A DNA stretch of 64,000 nt from contig CAJFCJ010000006.1 of NCBI GenBank assembly GCA_904063045.1, positions 496,001-560,000 of the forward strand, given 5' to 3'. This DNA comes from Dimorphilus gyrociliatus. Lineage: Eukaryota; Animalia; Annelida. This document shows, one piece after another, positions 62,382-64,000 of this stretch. Each line of letters starts with the position of its first letter. Positions within the stretch are counted from its first letter, which is position 1. The position numbers were made by a program, and so were the translations under genes. The notes below the pieces were generated by a model. The model was not told the DNA's origin. It ran no database searches and was given only the letters and a program-made list of their open reading frames with translations.

Positions 62382-64000
62382 CACCTTCTCAGGTAAGTCT
62401 TATCTGATTTGACGGCTTCGTTGATTTACGATAGTTACATCAAACAATCGACGACGATACCGTCCACACGTCGACGCCATTAAATACTCGTCTCACCAAC
62501 TAATGACCGCTACTGACCGACCGTTTACGATATGTTCTAAATCGTTAACGGCGTGGCGGCCATATGGATGCTGTGTTTTCACGTTTCCGGTCGCTTCTAC
62601 TTTCATCTTTTCTAACGTAGCAGTAACTTAAAATCTAAAAGCCAGAATCGATGACGAATCGATTTCTCTAGTCTCTAAGAACTCATCGCAATCAGTCGAA
62701 ATGTAATTGTAGCGTGCCGTTTGAAAACAACTCTCCGAAGATCGCGAATCTTTCGGATTGTCAGACACGCAATGAAATCATCAATATATTCAACGTCTTT
62801 GTTTGTCTCATTGAACGCACTCGATTTACAAGGTAAACGAAAATTAAGACGGCATTAAAACGAGTGAATATCCCATATTGTGTCAAAGGTCGCGTCGTTG
62901 TTTGTTCGGCGTCTCCAGATTGTCAAAAAACGTCTAACGCACCTGGTTCTTGCGCGCCATCTGCCGAGTTTCCGAATCGTTAATTGGACGCCGCCTCTTT
63001 CGCGTGTTGAGCGCACCAATTGCGTAATAGCGGCTTTGTCATCAGGCGTCATCAGCGAAACGTCACGACGTCGAGGTCATGCCCCGGGTATGAATAGAAC
63101 CGATTGTAAGTTAGCCTACAGACCTACGAGAAATTCGAATTTCATTGTAACAAAACGATTGAATACTGTTCAAACATGCGCTAAGGGATAATAAGCACAT
63201 TGAAAAACATCGACTCTCGTGCTTGCGTACGCTTGAATAGTCTGCGATATCGGTAACTTTGATGATGTGCCCCGTAGAATTGTAGCTGGGTCAAGCCGGG
63301 GGAGGGCTTTATTCAACGCTCTTCTCTCCTACGTGCCTTCATAATTCTTAAGTACTTGCGTTATACTGTCGTTATACAGTTATGTTGCATTGCCACCACC
63401 CCCAACGCTGTTTTTGCCATCATAGTTCCTCCTCATAATAGGAAATGCATGCTTGGGAAAAAATCAAAAGATGGTTGTAAATTATTTACAGGCAGTTCAA
63501 CTGTCTTCTTTTTCTAAACGCTTCGTCAGTTTTAACGCTAGCTTTTATAAAATAGTAACGGTATAGAATTGAAAAATATACGACGACGTTCTTCAAACGA
63601 AAACACAACACCTGCTGTTCGTTTATTTGCCTTTAATTAGAAAGAACGTTAAATAGTGGAGTGCTAGAAAAGAGCGTTCAAGCATCTCGTTAGCGAATCT
63701 CCCTGTGAGTGAAAATGACAGTTACAGATTGTAATCACATCAATCATGGCAATTTTAATACTGTAATTTTTCCCTTTCCTTGCCGCCGCGGGTCTCTCAA
63801 ATACTTTTATCGAATATTTCTTTTTCGCGTCGCGTTTATCATTAACGATCCATACGTGTTTTTTGCAACTTGACTTCCTACGGCAATTTCCGTATACTTT
63901 GTCTTATCTCTTATCACCGTGATGCAGCAGGACGAGATAAACAGTACTAGGATGATATAGAACAGACACGATAAGAAATAAATGATATAGCACTTTATTA

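Noticed and set aside
46785-63191. 60-103-aa ORFs listed in the desert (e.g. 62880-63191)
   Set aside because: No domains, many non-ATG starts, and of a size expected by chance.

Overview
Eukaryotic (animal) genomic DNA, very compact and AT-rich, with most introns about 45-75 nt. Bases 1-45.5 kb hold a dense run of intron-containing genes: the 3' end of a nuclear receptor, KLF15-like, hnRNP A/B-D (squid-like), CTTNBP2, ARP8, ALAS, a bacterial-type sulfotransferase, laminin beta, RIB43A, CFAP92, a BTB/BACK protein, RASSF1/5-like, PTK7/off-track and a TRIM-like E3 ligase. Two genes are nested antisense inside host introns and nearly fill them. The sulfotransferase lies in the last intron of ALAS and separates the catalytic core from a previously hidden C-terminal CxxC exon at 14063-14197. 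The TRIM-like gene lies in an intron that splits PTK7 Ig domain 2. From about 46.5 kb to the window end there is an ~18 kb CpG-rich stretch with no recognisable coding gene. It carries clusters of CRE, GATA and E-box motifs, and its left edge has a divergent cluster of CTCF-like motifs. ALAS, motile-cilia genes and tiny introns suggest a compact-genome spiralian such as the annelid Dimorphilus gyrociliatus (inference only). All gene models were spliced by hand and no databases were searched.
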